Source: Chrysomallon squamiferum
Taxonomy: Eukaryota > Animalia > Mollusca
Assembly: GCA_012295275.1 (NCBI GenBank)
Contig: CM022666.1
Coordinates: 11,842,001 to 11,906,000, forward strand
DNA length: 64,000 nt
Reading direction: 5' to 3'
The notes beneath the pieces are model-generated. The model saw only the letters and a program-made list of their open reading frames with translations. It did no database searches and had not been told where the DNA came from. Each line of letters starts with the position of its first letter. Position 1 is the first letter of the stretch. Position numbers and translations under genes: made by a program. Shown one piece after another: positions 1-13,242 of this stretch.

Positions 1-52
1 AGTTATACAGTTCAACAATTCTATTATTTTATTTATTTATTTATTTTTTATT

Positions 53-83
<31 letters not shown>

Positions 84-944
84 TTTTTATTATTATTATT
101 ATTATCATCATTATTCCATTGTTTCCATTGCATCCTTGAATGAATTTAATATCCATCCTTAGTTTTATAAAAGTAATTTCATTTTCAAATCATGCATTCA
201 GTTTTAAATTTTTTATTTATTTATTTACATTTTTTAATTATTTTTTTAATTATTTTAAAGAAAACTAATTTGCCTTTCTAACAGTAACAGTAAGAAAAAA
301 AAAGGAGCTGAGCTTTTTATATTCTTTTTAAAACAAAAAGTGTTAGATATCTGAAATTTATTGTTTAACTGCCATATATACTTACTGTTTTAGCTTGTTC
401 ACATATTAACTGTTGTAACATATTTGATCTGTAAAATTTGTTTTGATGTGTTATTTATTAATTCAGCCATTCTGTGTTGCCTAAGAACATATAATTAAAA
501 ATAATTTATCATTTAGATGTTGCTATTATTCAGTTTGATAGCATAATTGTTAAGTCGCCTAGAAAATTCAGTTAATCAAAAATTCAAGTTAATGATTAGC
601 ATGAAAGAGAACAGAAGCTGCTATGATATTTTTGTTATTTTAATGCATTTTACTTTCAAGTTCTTCTAAATGTATCGAAACACATCAGTCTGAAAAATAT
701 TTAAAAATTAATTTAAATATATTTTTTTCTAAACTTTCATAGTTATTTTATTTACTTCTACACATTTCTTATTCCATTGAATAGTGGATAAAATTTGCTT
801 TAGATGCTGCCCAGTGATAAGTACATAACATCCCTAGATGAAGAACAATGGGTGTGAAACCAAAGCCATTGCCCAGACTGTCATCACAAATCACAGAGAA
901 TGTAGGCCTCATTCATAACATTCCTCCTGTTTCTTGACCTTGTT

Positions 945-3450
945 CACCTATCCATTGGTTGATGTGTATAGATAACTGTCATCCTGTATAGAAATATTTT
1001 CCCTATTTAATTTTTTTATATTTTTTTTTTTTTTTTTTTTATTATTGTTATGGGTTTTAGTAACCATCAACAAAACAGAATCTGTTTCAAACTTTTAACA
1101 AAATAAAACAAATTATTTCATAAAAATATTCTGATTTTCTTTATTGTTTATTTGTTTATTAAATATGATTAATCACAGTAGATTAACTTTTCATTTATTT
1201 TAAGGTGTTGTGTTAGACAGATGACAAACTGACAGGCATGACCTTCAAGTCACTTTTACTGATACTAATATTGTGCTGTTTATGTTGCATCTATTTCTTG
1301 TGAGCTATAGGCACAAATGCAGAGCTGACAAATGTCCACAGAGGTTTTACTTTTCATTTGCTTTAATACTAATCTACAGCATCAGAACAGACATAGTGAC
1401 AAACTGACAGATGTCATCTCATGGAGTGTCATTTTATCTTCTTAGAGATTTTATAAATAATTTCATTTCCTCTGAATACTATGCTTAATACTGAATATTT
1501 CAGATCCTTTCTTCATTATGACTAAGGGTATCTGTTGGTCTGAAACAATTTTTTCATTTATTTCATGAGCATATAGTATTATAACACACACATTGTTAAT
1601 AACATTCGCTGGTAACAGCAATGACTTGACTTGGTAAATTGCTGTTAATGAGTGGGCATGAAGGTCAGAATGGTTGCAGTTTTGCTGTGGTCGCATTGTT
1701 GTTGTTGGAATGGTGTAGATGAAATCACATTTTATCTGATGACTTGTGGGGTTGATCCTTCACTAATGGGAATTGTTTGGGCAGTGATGTTGGTAGCCAG
1801 ACATTCATTCATCTGCTGAGTGATGCCTTTCCAGTCTTAGGTGGACGTAAAAGTGGAACATCAATGGTATTTCTTGCTGGTGATGTCAACAAATGACAAA
1901 AACTGTTGAGTTTCAATAAAAGTTTTTTTAAAAATCATCCTTTTTTTAAATCATTTTTACACAATTTAATTAAAATAGTAACCTTATTAGACAATTTTTA
2001 TTATTATTTTAATACTTTTTCAGTTTATTTTATTTTTATTATTATTTTATTACTTTTTCAGTTTATCTTATTTTAACTTATTATTTTTTATCTTGTCTGT
2101 TTTAGAATTTAAAGCACACAATATACTGAATATAAATTATTTATTTGGATTGGTAAGAGCTGATGGATGAAGAATGTTTGTAATGCTGTGTGAATCATAA
2201 TGAGATGTCACTGAAACATGTTTTCATGTAGGCCTTTGAATAACTAATGTTTGTCATTTTTGTTTTTATAATTAAATTATTTGTACATTTAATTAATCTT
2301 ATACATTATTTTCTTGGTCTGGAGTGAATACATGATAAAAATAATTTTAAATTTTGAATATTTACTTGACGTGATGTTCTGTTTATGCATGCAAGTTATA
2401 CACAGTTACAATATGGCTAATTTTTATACAAATAATTAGTAAAGTGAAAATGTTAAATGTTATTCATTATGCACAATACAGAGGGGTGTTGTACATTTTC
2501 TCTATCTGTCTATGATTGGTACATTTTTTAAACCATTTATTCTAAAAGAATCTAACTATGGAATACTTTAAAGGTATTCTTGTTTAAAAGAGTAACACTG
2601 TCAAAAAAGACATGATAAAAGTCTGAGACGAGGAGGTTTTCTGATGCAGTGTGTAAAATATATCATTAATAACCATCCTTAATTTATCACTCAATTTTTC
2701 CTTGATTTGTTTTGTCACTGTCTACATGTTGTCACTGTATGCATCACTGAATCTCTCACATTATCGCTATGACACTTTCATCTCTCACTGTCTCTCTTTC
2801 TACAATACTCTGTTCCACCATTCTCAACAACTTCACATATAATATTCATCTTTCACTTCCTATGAAATTTAACAGTAAGGTTCACTGGATGACATTTTCT
2901 CATCTCAGATTATTTATGCTTAGACGTTCCTCCAGTGATTTTTATTTATTCTTTTTCTCGTTGCCAAGGACCAAAGAATATTTTCACTGCATATTCAAAC
3001 ACTAGAAGCACTGGACAGTTTAAAATATCAAAAATAGTCATGCATTTATTAAAGGTGATAATTTATTAATATTTGTTGATGTATGGGAATGCCCCACCAT
3101 CTTGTCTATTGGTTGATGTGTGTGAACTTCATGGATAACTGTCATGCTCTGGTTGTTATTTTTTGTATAGTTGTAACATGTGTGTAGATTTGTTTTCTAT
3201 ATTTTTTTCTTTTCTTTTCTTTGTGCTTTATTTTTTGTTCCATTATTATTTTTATCCTCTTTTTTTATATATTTTTTTTAAACTAGTCACTGTACAAATT
3301 AAATGGCTTTAAGACATTTAACAGTTTAAAACAATTTGCTTCTTTGTGACTGTGGATAAAAATATTCTTATTTTCTTTATTGTTTATTTTATTTGTTTGT
3401 TTGTTTATTAAGTATGTATATATTAATCCTAGACAGATAATCACAAAAGA
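945..3450 (+). repeat. Old local duplication: about 945-1190 resembles about 3100-3450
   Basis: Shared ATTGGTTGATGTGT..GATAACTGTCAT and TAAAAATATTCT.ATTTTCTTTATTGTTTATTT blocks in the same order. Confidence 0.55.
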
Positions 3451-5829
3451 TTTTAATTAATTTTAAATATTTTACAGATTTCAGTTTCATGACTTCCATG
3501 CACACACACATTTACATCAGACATGAAATAACACATCTATTTTATTTTATTTCATTTCATTTTATTTTATTTATTATTTATTTGCTTATGTGTTTGTTTA
3601 TTTATTCATTTATTTATTTATTTATTTATTATGCTACTTTTTTTAAATAAATTTATTTACAAATTTTTTTTTTTTTTTTACTGGTTCATTTTCATTTTTG
3701 TTTTCAACTTAAAATATTTTTCATTAGGCTAAATTTGATATATTTTCAGGTCAAAGTTAAACAAGAATGCATGTTTTAAAGAACAAATTCAGGTAGCTTT
3801 GTGAATGTATCATTATTAAATTTAACTTTATTATTTCAAAGTTAAAATAAACTGATTTTATAGCATTAACTAAACAACAAATTACCACATTTATTTTTTA
3901 TTTCTTGCTATTTGTCATGCAAAGGCTATGGTATGCACTTTCTTATTTTTGGATATATACATATTAGCAAAATCAATCATCTGTTGAATTTTATGGCATT
4001 CCTTAAAATACTTTGTCTGCATTATTAAAAAAGATATATATTTATTTATATTATTATTTATTAATATGTTTTAGTATTTACATAATTATGTATTTATTTA
4101 TTTTATTTAATTAGTTATTTATTTAATTCTTATTCCATATATATATTTTTTTTAAATTTAATTATATTTTTTTTTTTTTTTTTTTTTTAAATTAAAGAGG
4201 CTATTACAATTTCATCATTTTCTCCATTTAGGAAAAAGAAAAAAACTGCTTTGTTTGAAGATGTAGATGAAACTCCACTCAAATGGTTTAAGATAACTGT
4301 CTCATAATGGCTAAAGTGGAAGAATTTGTGAATAAAAAAACAATTAGGTGGAACTGGTTTAAGTTGCAGCAATTGGTTATTAGATAGATTTAAAGAGAGG
4401 TGTGACTTTAAAAAAAAAAAAAATGAAGCAATCTCCATTAACATGTGATGGACCACATTACAGTGTTAGCAAGCACTAACATGTCTGGAACTATTACTCT
4501 GTCACCTTAGATTATTAGCAAATCCAAAAAGACATGTTTAAAATAACGTGAGATTATTAACCAAAGGGTATGAGGCCAACAAGAATTAATATCTCTAAAA
4601 CCTAAAGGTGCACTATTGAAAATGTCACAATCAGCCACTGCTATATATATAATTTTTTAATTTTTTTTTTAAGAGTATTAAAATTTCAGAAATAGATGCA
4701 ATCAGATTTTTGCATGGGATAATGTTTCAATGGAACAATTAAATCACTGTTTCTGCCTAACTGGGTTTGTGAAAAACTAACACAGTCGACAGATCTTAAG
4801 TGTGAAAGTGACTCTGACACTGCATTATCATGGTTGGTTACCAAAGATGTGATTCAAATATACCTAAGCTGATGACCTGAGTTCCAGTGTCAGAGGATAG
4901 CATTGTTTTTTTGTTGTTTTTTGTTGTTGTTTATTGTTGTTTTTTAATACATAATATTATATTCTTGACATAATATATATTTTAATTTTGTTTTGATACA
5001 TTCATTATTATTCTAAGAGTGAATGACATTCTATAGCTTAATAAAGTCATGCTTTCTATTGTTATCTCTTTCATAAATTTTCTTTTCTTTAATTTCACAT
5101 AAAAGGACAGCATTGTGGAGGAGGTGTCAGGTGACATGGCTCCAGCTATTACAAAGAGTGTCGTGGGAAATGACAAGACTATTGATCTTTCCACACCATC
5201 TCTGATTTCAGCAGCACAGACTGTAGTTGTTGACTTCATCTGTGGAGAGCAGAGTTCTCAATAGGGACTTAACAAACCTTCTTAGCTCTGCAGCGTTCAG
5301 GCCATGCCCCAATGCATTGACAGACAGATAATTAGACATGTCTGCTCTGTTCAGCAAAACTGTTACATCACAGCTATAAGTCCATGAGTGCCAAAACTAA
5401 CAATATTTTTACTGACATTCTGAATCTGCAATGATATTAATTCTACAATTTACTGAAACTGTGGATTCAGAACTGGCTGTCTTCTTATTAGTGGTGTATA
5501 TAATTTGTTTTGTAGACTGAATGTCTAGTTTAATTTATTTTTAATTGTTTAATAATTATTTTGTGGAAATTGTATGATTTCATAAAAATAAATATATACA
5601 TTTCATTATCAAATAAAAAAATTTGTTTATTCAAAACGTTGACTGTATAATATTGGGTGAGTCCATATTTGGTTAATTCAATATTTTTCTGTGGTCCCAG
5701 CAATATTGACTCAATGGGGTTCACCTGCAGTATAGGCATTCACACATGCACTTACACACACACACAAAACAAAGCAACCCTACATACATATGTGTAGTGT
5801 TTTCCATGTTGTAACAATTGTAATCTACA

Positions 5830-6840
5830 GGATATATCTCTGAAAAAGAAACTGCCATCATCCCATCAACCTGGATGGAAGAGACTGATTGTGCTGAATG
5901 GCCCTTATACAGTAAATGACACCAACAAAATTGAATGCTTATGTAGGAAAGTTAATGTATAAATGAGTCAAGTTTGTAATTTTTTTAAAATATTGTGGAA
6001 CTGTTTCATCAGTAAGTTGTGTAGTGACAGTGATGACATCCCAGTTACCTTGTTTCACACCAACAAGAAAAGACTTGGTATTGTGATATCACAGGAAACT
6101 ACACCAATACAGTCAGGAGCTGCCCCCACCTGCAAGTTGGAACAGAACTCCCAGTATTTCACACAGCAGTCCTTCAACTAGTAGTTTTTCTAACTCGCAG
6201 CATAGGCACTGAATGGATGGTACTGATTTTATGTACTGAAACTTTTTTCTCACCCAATTTGAATTCAGATCAGTAGCAAGTGTTTTTATGCTAATTATGT
6301 AGTGTTCACCAACAAAAACAGATGTTTTTTTCAAATATGAAATTACCTTTCATCAGTGTTTCTCTCTGTATATTTGCTATTATTAAAGTGAAAGTTTAAT
6401 GCTTTATGTCACACAAATATAACAAAATTTAATATCAGCCATTTTTGTCACTGGAAACCAAACTTAAAGTAGTAAAGATATGGTTTTTCTTATTAATTTT
6501 AAAATATAAAAACCAGTTGGGTTTTTTTTAATATTAGATTGATGGTTGATAAGATATATATAAGTTTATTTTAATAATATTAAATTTGGCACTAATAAAA
6601 TTTTTTAGTAAGAGTAAAAGAATGAAATAAAAATAAATCGGTATTTGATTATACGTCACAGCGTATGATTCATACAATTTTAACAATTATTCTATTTTTT
6701 GGAATATTTTAATCAGACTTCAAATATTTAGCATTTTAAACTAGAGGAATTGAAAACAGTGTAAACCAGAGAAAATGTACTGTGGTGTGCAGTTTTGAGA
6801 TGAACTGAAAGGTGGGTTCAGAATCTTCTGACAGAATGCA
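5830..6840 (+). pseudogene. Possible degenerate DUF4806/BEN-like transposon accessory gene fragments
   Basis: After an acceptor-like CTACAG at 5830, the sequence reads SEKETAIIPSTWMEETDCAEWPLY, resembling the 'VVPxxW..CxWPP' N-terminus. A low-complexity segment follows (6012-6180), and DELKGGFR/SSDR near 6800-6835 resembles the 'IKxWLRxAxDR' C-terminus. Stops and frameshifts are present. Confidence 0.35.
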
Positions 6841-9800
6841 GCCCTTTTGTTCAGTTATTTTATCAAAGAAAACAAAGTACTGATTGATAGTTTCAAAGTA
6901 ATAGAGCATGTCATTAAATAAATAAAAAAATATCTACATTTTATTGTTTTTATTTTATTTCAGCATTTTACAGTTTTAAACTATTATTAATATTTTTGAT
7001 AGTTTAACAATTCATTTATTTACCTGTACATTTATGTGTGTGTGTATGTGTTGTTGTAGTTGTTGCTGTTTGTTATTATTAACACATAAAAACTGAATGC
7101 TGCAGCCACCATTTTATGGTCCACTATTTTAAACTAGCAGCAGGTGGATGTTTATTCAAATCTTCCCATAAATGATGCAGGCGAGAGCATAAAATCAATG
7201 GTTTAAACTGGAAAGCTGTATATTGTTTGTATTTGGTACACATTTTTATTAGGTTATAAAAGATTTAAAGTTTAATGAAGTAATAAAATAATCGAGATAA
7301 ATAAAAAGTATGAAAAAATAAAAATATAAAAAATTCATACTGTGGGGTTAAGTGACACATGGTTGTATTTGAATTACTAACAATACAAAAACTAGAATAC
7401 ATAATAACATGGTATGTACTCTCCTGTCTCTGGGATGGCAGTTTCAAACAGCAGCCCATGAAGTGGTGGTAGTTGGCTTCTTCATTACCTGAGTGGGTTT
7501 TAGCCACAGATTTGGCACTATGTAACCATAAACACAATAAGTACATACAGGTAGATAAATAAAAATATTTTTTAAATATTAACAAATTTTATTAATTGAA
7601 TTAGCCTGTACTTTTATTTGTATACAAAAAAAAAAAAAAAAAAAAAAAGCAATATTTTCACAAGGAAATAAAAATGATAAAATACACATTTTGAATAAAA
7701 AAAATAATTTATTTCTCTTTGTTTTCAGTGCATTTCAAAGCTTGAACTGAACTGAGAAATTGGCAGGAGTTTCTGAGAAAACAGAAATCTGTTACTGATT
7801 TTGTTTTGTTGAAAAATTAAATGAGGACTGCATAGTTGATATAACAACATGGTCTAGCTGAGAGAGAAAAGTATTTCTCATTTATCATAATTTCTGTTCT
7901 CCTCAGATGCGAGATAGGTGTGTCTGGACCTTGATTTGGACATGGGCATGTAAAAAGAGTTCCCTAGCCATAATCTCTGTACAGTGTAGCAGCATACATT
8001 CTACTTCTTGATTCACTGGCATGGAACTTAGCCATAACAGTGTTTATGAGTTACTATTTGCTTGTAGTTCTAATTAATTATTAAGTGATTTATAGAATGT
8101 TTACCCTTTCACTATTCAAAATAAAAAACAAAGATTGGGAAGCAGCTAAAAAGTGACTTGTATGTTGACTGATGTCAGGGCTGTGTCCAGGAAGATGGGA
8201 AGCATTTTTCCGTTTCTGTTTTACTGCAACAGATGAACAAATATTTCTTTAATGCATTTAATTCTTACAAGGTAACCAACATTTTATTTTTTTCTTATGT
8301 TTTTTTTCCTGTTGTTAATAATTATATCAGAAATTAGGTTTTAGGACATTAGCTGGAATATGAAAAAGCCCAGTACAACAGAGAGTTAAATTGTCTTTAA
8401 GTTAGAACCCTATCTTGTATTTATATCACAAAATTAGATGTATTTGTTATCTTTATTTTTTTGTAAATATTTCTCAAGTCAGTTAACTCTGAGAATGAAA
8501 TTCTGATTGGCAGGGTTGGTACTGTTACATGATATTAACTTACTGATTTAGTCTAGTTTTAATAATAAACACTGGTTAAGTTATATAACTTTTAAATGTC
8601 ATGTTTGAAGAGACTGAAGATATATGTCTAGGTTTCCTTTCTTTTAAAAAGTTTTAAAATATCATAAATATAAAAATATTTCATTTACAAATTACAGCCA
8701 TGGTTTTAGTCAATTTGATTGTTACCTTACTACTAAAATAATTACTACTAAGAAAATTTTAAATGTCACAACAACATTACTAACTAGTGTTGGTTTTTTT
8801 TCCATTTGTATCAGCTATGTTGAAGTCACACATCAGCAACATCAACAAAAAGTCAAAGTTTAATTTTGTCTACCTTCAAATTATTGTTTTCAGATGTAGG
8901 TTCTTGTGAGATATCAAACAATAAGAATTTAGTAAATTCATGACAGATGTTTATTCCTAAATTTACATCATTGCCTCATTTATTTAGAGAATATGTTATG
9001 TATATTATTGCTAAAATGCTCTTTTATTTATTTTGTTTTCCCTACCAATGTCTTCTTAAAAAGAGTTTAAATCTATGCAACTGTTCAAACAATACTGTTT
9101 CTCTCTTGGATATATTTTGTACATTTATAAATTCTGATAATTATGGACTTAACAGTTTAGACCAGTTTAATATTAATAACAATTAATTTAATTTTTCTTG
9201 TTCCAGTAATTATGACTTGATTAAAATAAGGATAAGGAATGTGTATTTAAAAAAAAGTAATACTCACACTTTGACTGGATATTATGATGTTGTCCTGTGT
9301 CACAAGGCTATAAGAGATGTCAGCTTTCAAGTGCTAATTACCCTTTTAAAACATGGCTTGTTTCTTGTCTAGTGTTTGTGCCTTTGGTGGATTCACTGAC
9401 AGTGTAATTAAGAAACTGTGAAATTGATTATAAGAGATACATATATTTGTGTATATAGGTATAAACCATTTATAATACCAAGTATCCACTATGAACACAA
9501 CAAAACACAATATTTATATTACAAAGATAATTATTTATTTTACACATGTATACTTATTATTATATAGTGGTTGAGGATGTGGGAGTTGGCATTATATGAA
9601 ATACTATAATTTTTAATTCTTTTAATTTTCGTTAACGGCTTACGTTTGAAATATGTGTAAATCAAACTTTCTATGGAGCATATACACTGTACAGGTCATA
9701 TCAAATTGATCGACATGCCAAACAGAGCCTACAGAAACAGGATAACCACTTGTCCCTGCTTCCGATTTAAACAAAGATAACGCAAAATATAGTTACTAAC

Positions 9801-10744
9801 ATAATTGCCGCAATTTCTGGTCTCTTTCTTGTCTTTTACTTAAATGAACACCTCGCGGACTTCCCTGAAGTCAACAGAGCGAAGCTGACAATAATTCCTT
9901 TTGTCTTTCGCTAATGATGTTAATTGCTAGGTGATTTCAGTAATTGGATTACATCATTACTGTTAACTAACAGTACATATTTAATTAATACAGTTAGGAA
10001 TATTTGTGGAAATGAATGGGTAACAACTAACATATTTACTTTCTTTAATGATACATACTGGTTAATTACGAGATGTTAGACTGTATTAAAGTAAGCTACT
10101 TAGGTAAATAATCAATATGTTACCGACATTTTCAAAAACTAAATAGTACACCAGTTTAAAATATTATAATAGTATAAAAAAATAAAATAAAACAAAATAA
10201 AATAATAATAGCTACCAACGAATTCTACAAGTAGGTATAACTAAATTGCGACCCGTGATTTAATAAATAAATTAGAACCAATTTACTAATATAAACACAG
10301 AAAACAGTACATCTAAATGTCGGTGAGAAAACGCACCACAGCCTGATCGAGGCTCTATTAGGGCATGGGTTAAGGGTCCTACTGCGCGAGACACAAAACG
10401 GTTTTCCGTCATATCCTGTCTTTGCATGTCCTGAATGAAACAGCACTTTGTATGACATACTTTTAACACTAGACTGTACTCATGCATGTGTGTATAAACA
10501 AAGTAAATTTGAATGGCTTTTCATACTAAAAATCAAGGAACTAATCTTAGAGGATATTTTTGCTTTCACAATTAAAATTTTAAACAAATGCTGAAACTTT
10601 ATATCCAGTCACAAGTGCTTTTAATTAAAGTGAATTATTTAATTTTTTGTATTTTTTTTTTTTTTTTGTATCTCATTTTGTCCCTTGATATAGTAATGAT
10701 TATTTGACTAATATATATATATATATATAGATATTTTTTTTAAT

Positions 10745-10940
10745 GATATGAGAGATGAAACCAACCGCAATCACTCCAAGAGCTTACTGAATAACAGCAA
10801 GCATCTTCTTCTAATGGCAGCCATTGAAAACTGTATGTAGGAACTGGCTACAAGAGAAAATAACTCAGAGGGTGCATTGAATATGAACAATTTAATACAT
10901 ACTCCAAGACCTACCAGATTTAAACATAACCAGCCACTAA
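10745..10940 (-). mobile_element. Highly degenerate SINE copy, probably related to the 21570-21809 element, reverse orientation
   Basis: GAGAGATGAAACC..TAACAGCAAG..ACTGGCTACAAGAGAAAATAACTCAGAGGG resembles the reverse complement of the SINE core and head. Recognised by eye only. Confidence 0.4.
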
Positions 10941-11922
10941 TTTTTCTTCTTTATTATTATTTTTATTTTTTTTTTTTTTTTTGACACATTTTTTTGAAAT
11001 GATCAACTCTTTGGAAAATGTCCTGTTGCAAATGGCCCAAAAATAATCAATAACCAGGCAAATACTATCCAGTATCCTAGCTCCATAAATATCAGATCCA
11101 CTTAATCAACAATCATAGAGCAGTCAGAATTTGGACTGACCTCTTTCTTCTCAGCTACATACATTTCATCTATCATCATTACAAATAAGAGTGGAATTAT
11201 ATCCCACTGATGTACATACTTTCAAATAAATAAATAAACAAATAAATCAATAATAATGTGAGTTTCCATTATGTAAAATTATTTTTCTTAATATTACAAA
11301 GTAAGTTATTTTATGTGTTATCCTGTTTTTTTTTTCTTTTTCCTTTTCAGGTTGTTTAATTTTTAAAAACATATATTCAAAACTTTCTGGCAAATTTTAA
11401 CTAAGATTAAAATCTGGACCAGATTTATTAACACTACTAGAATTAATATTAGTCATTTTTAAACAAAAAAAGAAAAACAAAAAATATTTGAAATATATAA
11501 TAACTTGTTAATTATACAGTAATAGTTTTTTCTAAAAGTCAGCATTGTTGGAGAATTCTGTCTTTGATTTGTGTTTATTTCAAAGAGATGGATGTGAAAG
11601 ATGAGAATATTTTTAAATTGTTTGTTAGTGTTAGGGGTGACTTACATACTACTTATGATACAAAGATATAAAGGATTTTTTTACAAACTTTGATTCTAGT
11701 GACTAGACAGTGTAATTCATTATTACTAATATTAGGTTAACCACATTTACAGTACATCATTAATAACCTCATCTGCCATTTTTTTTCTTCTTCATCTGCA
11801 CCTGAGCTGGCAATGCTGTTTTCAAACACCAAGTTCCAGTGTTTGTATTTCATCAATATTCAAGAGTTCATAAAATTATTTAATAAAACCAACCTAATAT
11901 TATTACAATAGTGTTTAATTAT

Positions 11923-12370
11923 GAATCCTGGATAAAAGGTCACAGGAACAATAAAAAAACACTGTTTCTGCCTCTTTATTTAATAGGTTAACTGTCAAAT
12001 TATCATTTGATGTCAATCTCAGTAAAGGAAAGGAAGAACTGATGATAAATTAATGAGTTGTGCCTAAAAATTGTAAAACAGAACAAAAACGTTAGATCTT
12101 TGTGTAACAGGTAACATCTACCTGGAAGGATTAATGTAAGCCGAGGTCACGTTGATCACTGGCTGTCTAATCGTGTAAAAACTGTGAGCAGGTGTTTGGT
12201 GAGAGGTCATATTGAGATGACCTGAATGCGGCCAGTACATGTAATGCGATCTGGAAAACCCTTCACACGATGCATTTTGACTTTTTAAACTGATTAACTG
12301 ACTTTTTTTCCTAGCCAGAATTGTGACATTTTTCAGTTACTTATTTTCCTGTGACTTTATTACCAGCCAC
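11923..12370. mobile_element. Inverted-repeat-bounded non-autonomous DNA element (MITE-like)
   Basis: TGGATAAAAGGTCACAGGAA near 11928 and TTCCTGTGACTTTATTACCA near 12345 are imperfect reverse complements, with extra TGACTTTTT subrepeats at 12278-12310. No TSD recognised. Confidence 0.45.
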
Positions 12371-12513
12371 TGTCGTCAACAACATTTCACTGAATTTAAA
12401 CTTCAGCCAGTTGTCGTCTCTTAAGAGAATAATTTTACTAGTGTAGTTTATTCATGCTTATGAAATAAAGAATAATTTTATCACTCTCTCTTTTATTATT
12501 ATTATTATTGTTA

Positions 12514-12544
<31 letters not shown>

Positions 12545-12591
12545 TTATATATTTTTTTTAACTCTATACGTGGGAAAGGCAGTTTAAATTA

Positions 12592-12622
<31 letters not shown>

Positions 12623-13242
12623 TTTAATCATACTTAAAATCATGAGGTTCATACACACCAAAAAGTGCGTGTTTTACTGGATGTACATTTTAATTATAAT
12701 ATTACTTAGAGCCACATTTTGATTGTAAAGATTCTTCCTACAGTCGTCTTCACCGCAGCTTTGAGATGCTCACTTAACTCACTTAAAAAAAAAAAAAAAA
12801 TGTAATCTTTATTTTATTATTTTTTTTTTACCATGTTACTCGACGAAACTAATGTGTAAGACGTTTTCGTTGTATAGACTACGCAAAAATTGGAATGGAA
12901 ATATTGACAGTTTCAGTTATCAGAGAAGATTATAAAAAATGATGATGCATTTATTTAAAGTAATAATTCGTTAACAAATATATTTAGGGTTAACGTGCTT
13001 TAACATTTTCAAATATAATATTGAAGATTACTGGCTCTATAAAAATAGATTGTGAAAAAAACAAACACGAAAAAAAGAAAACAAAAAACAGCGATGCTTC
13101 GAAGATAAAGACGAAAAATACAAGGAACAACTTTTTTAGTAATGGTAGCGTTAAGCAAAATGAAGTTAGCTTTCAATAGACAATTTATTACAAATTAAAC
13201 CTCCTAATCCTATACACCAAGTTACATTCCTCTCCACAAAAC

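Noticed and set aside
10355-10380. Telomerase RNA template or telomeric repeat (TTAGGGCATGGGTTAAGGG)
   Set aside because: Only one exact TTAGGG; the complement lacks a 1.5-repeat CTAACCCTAA template.
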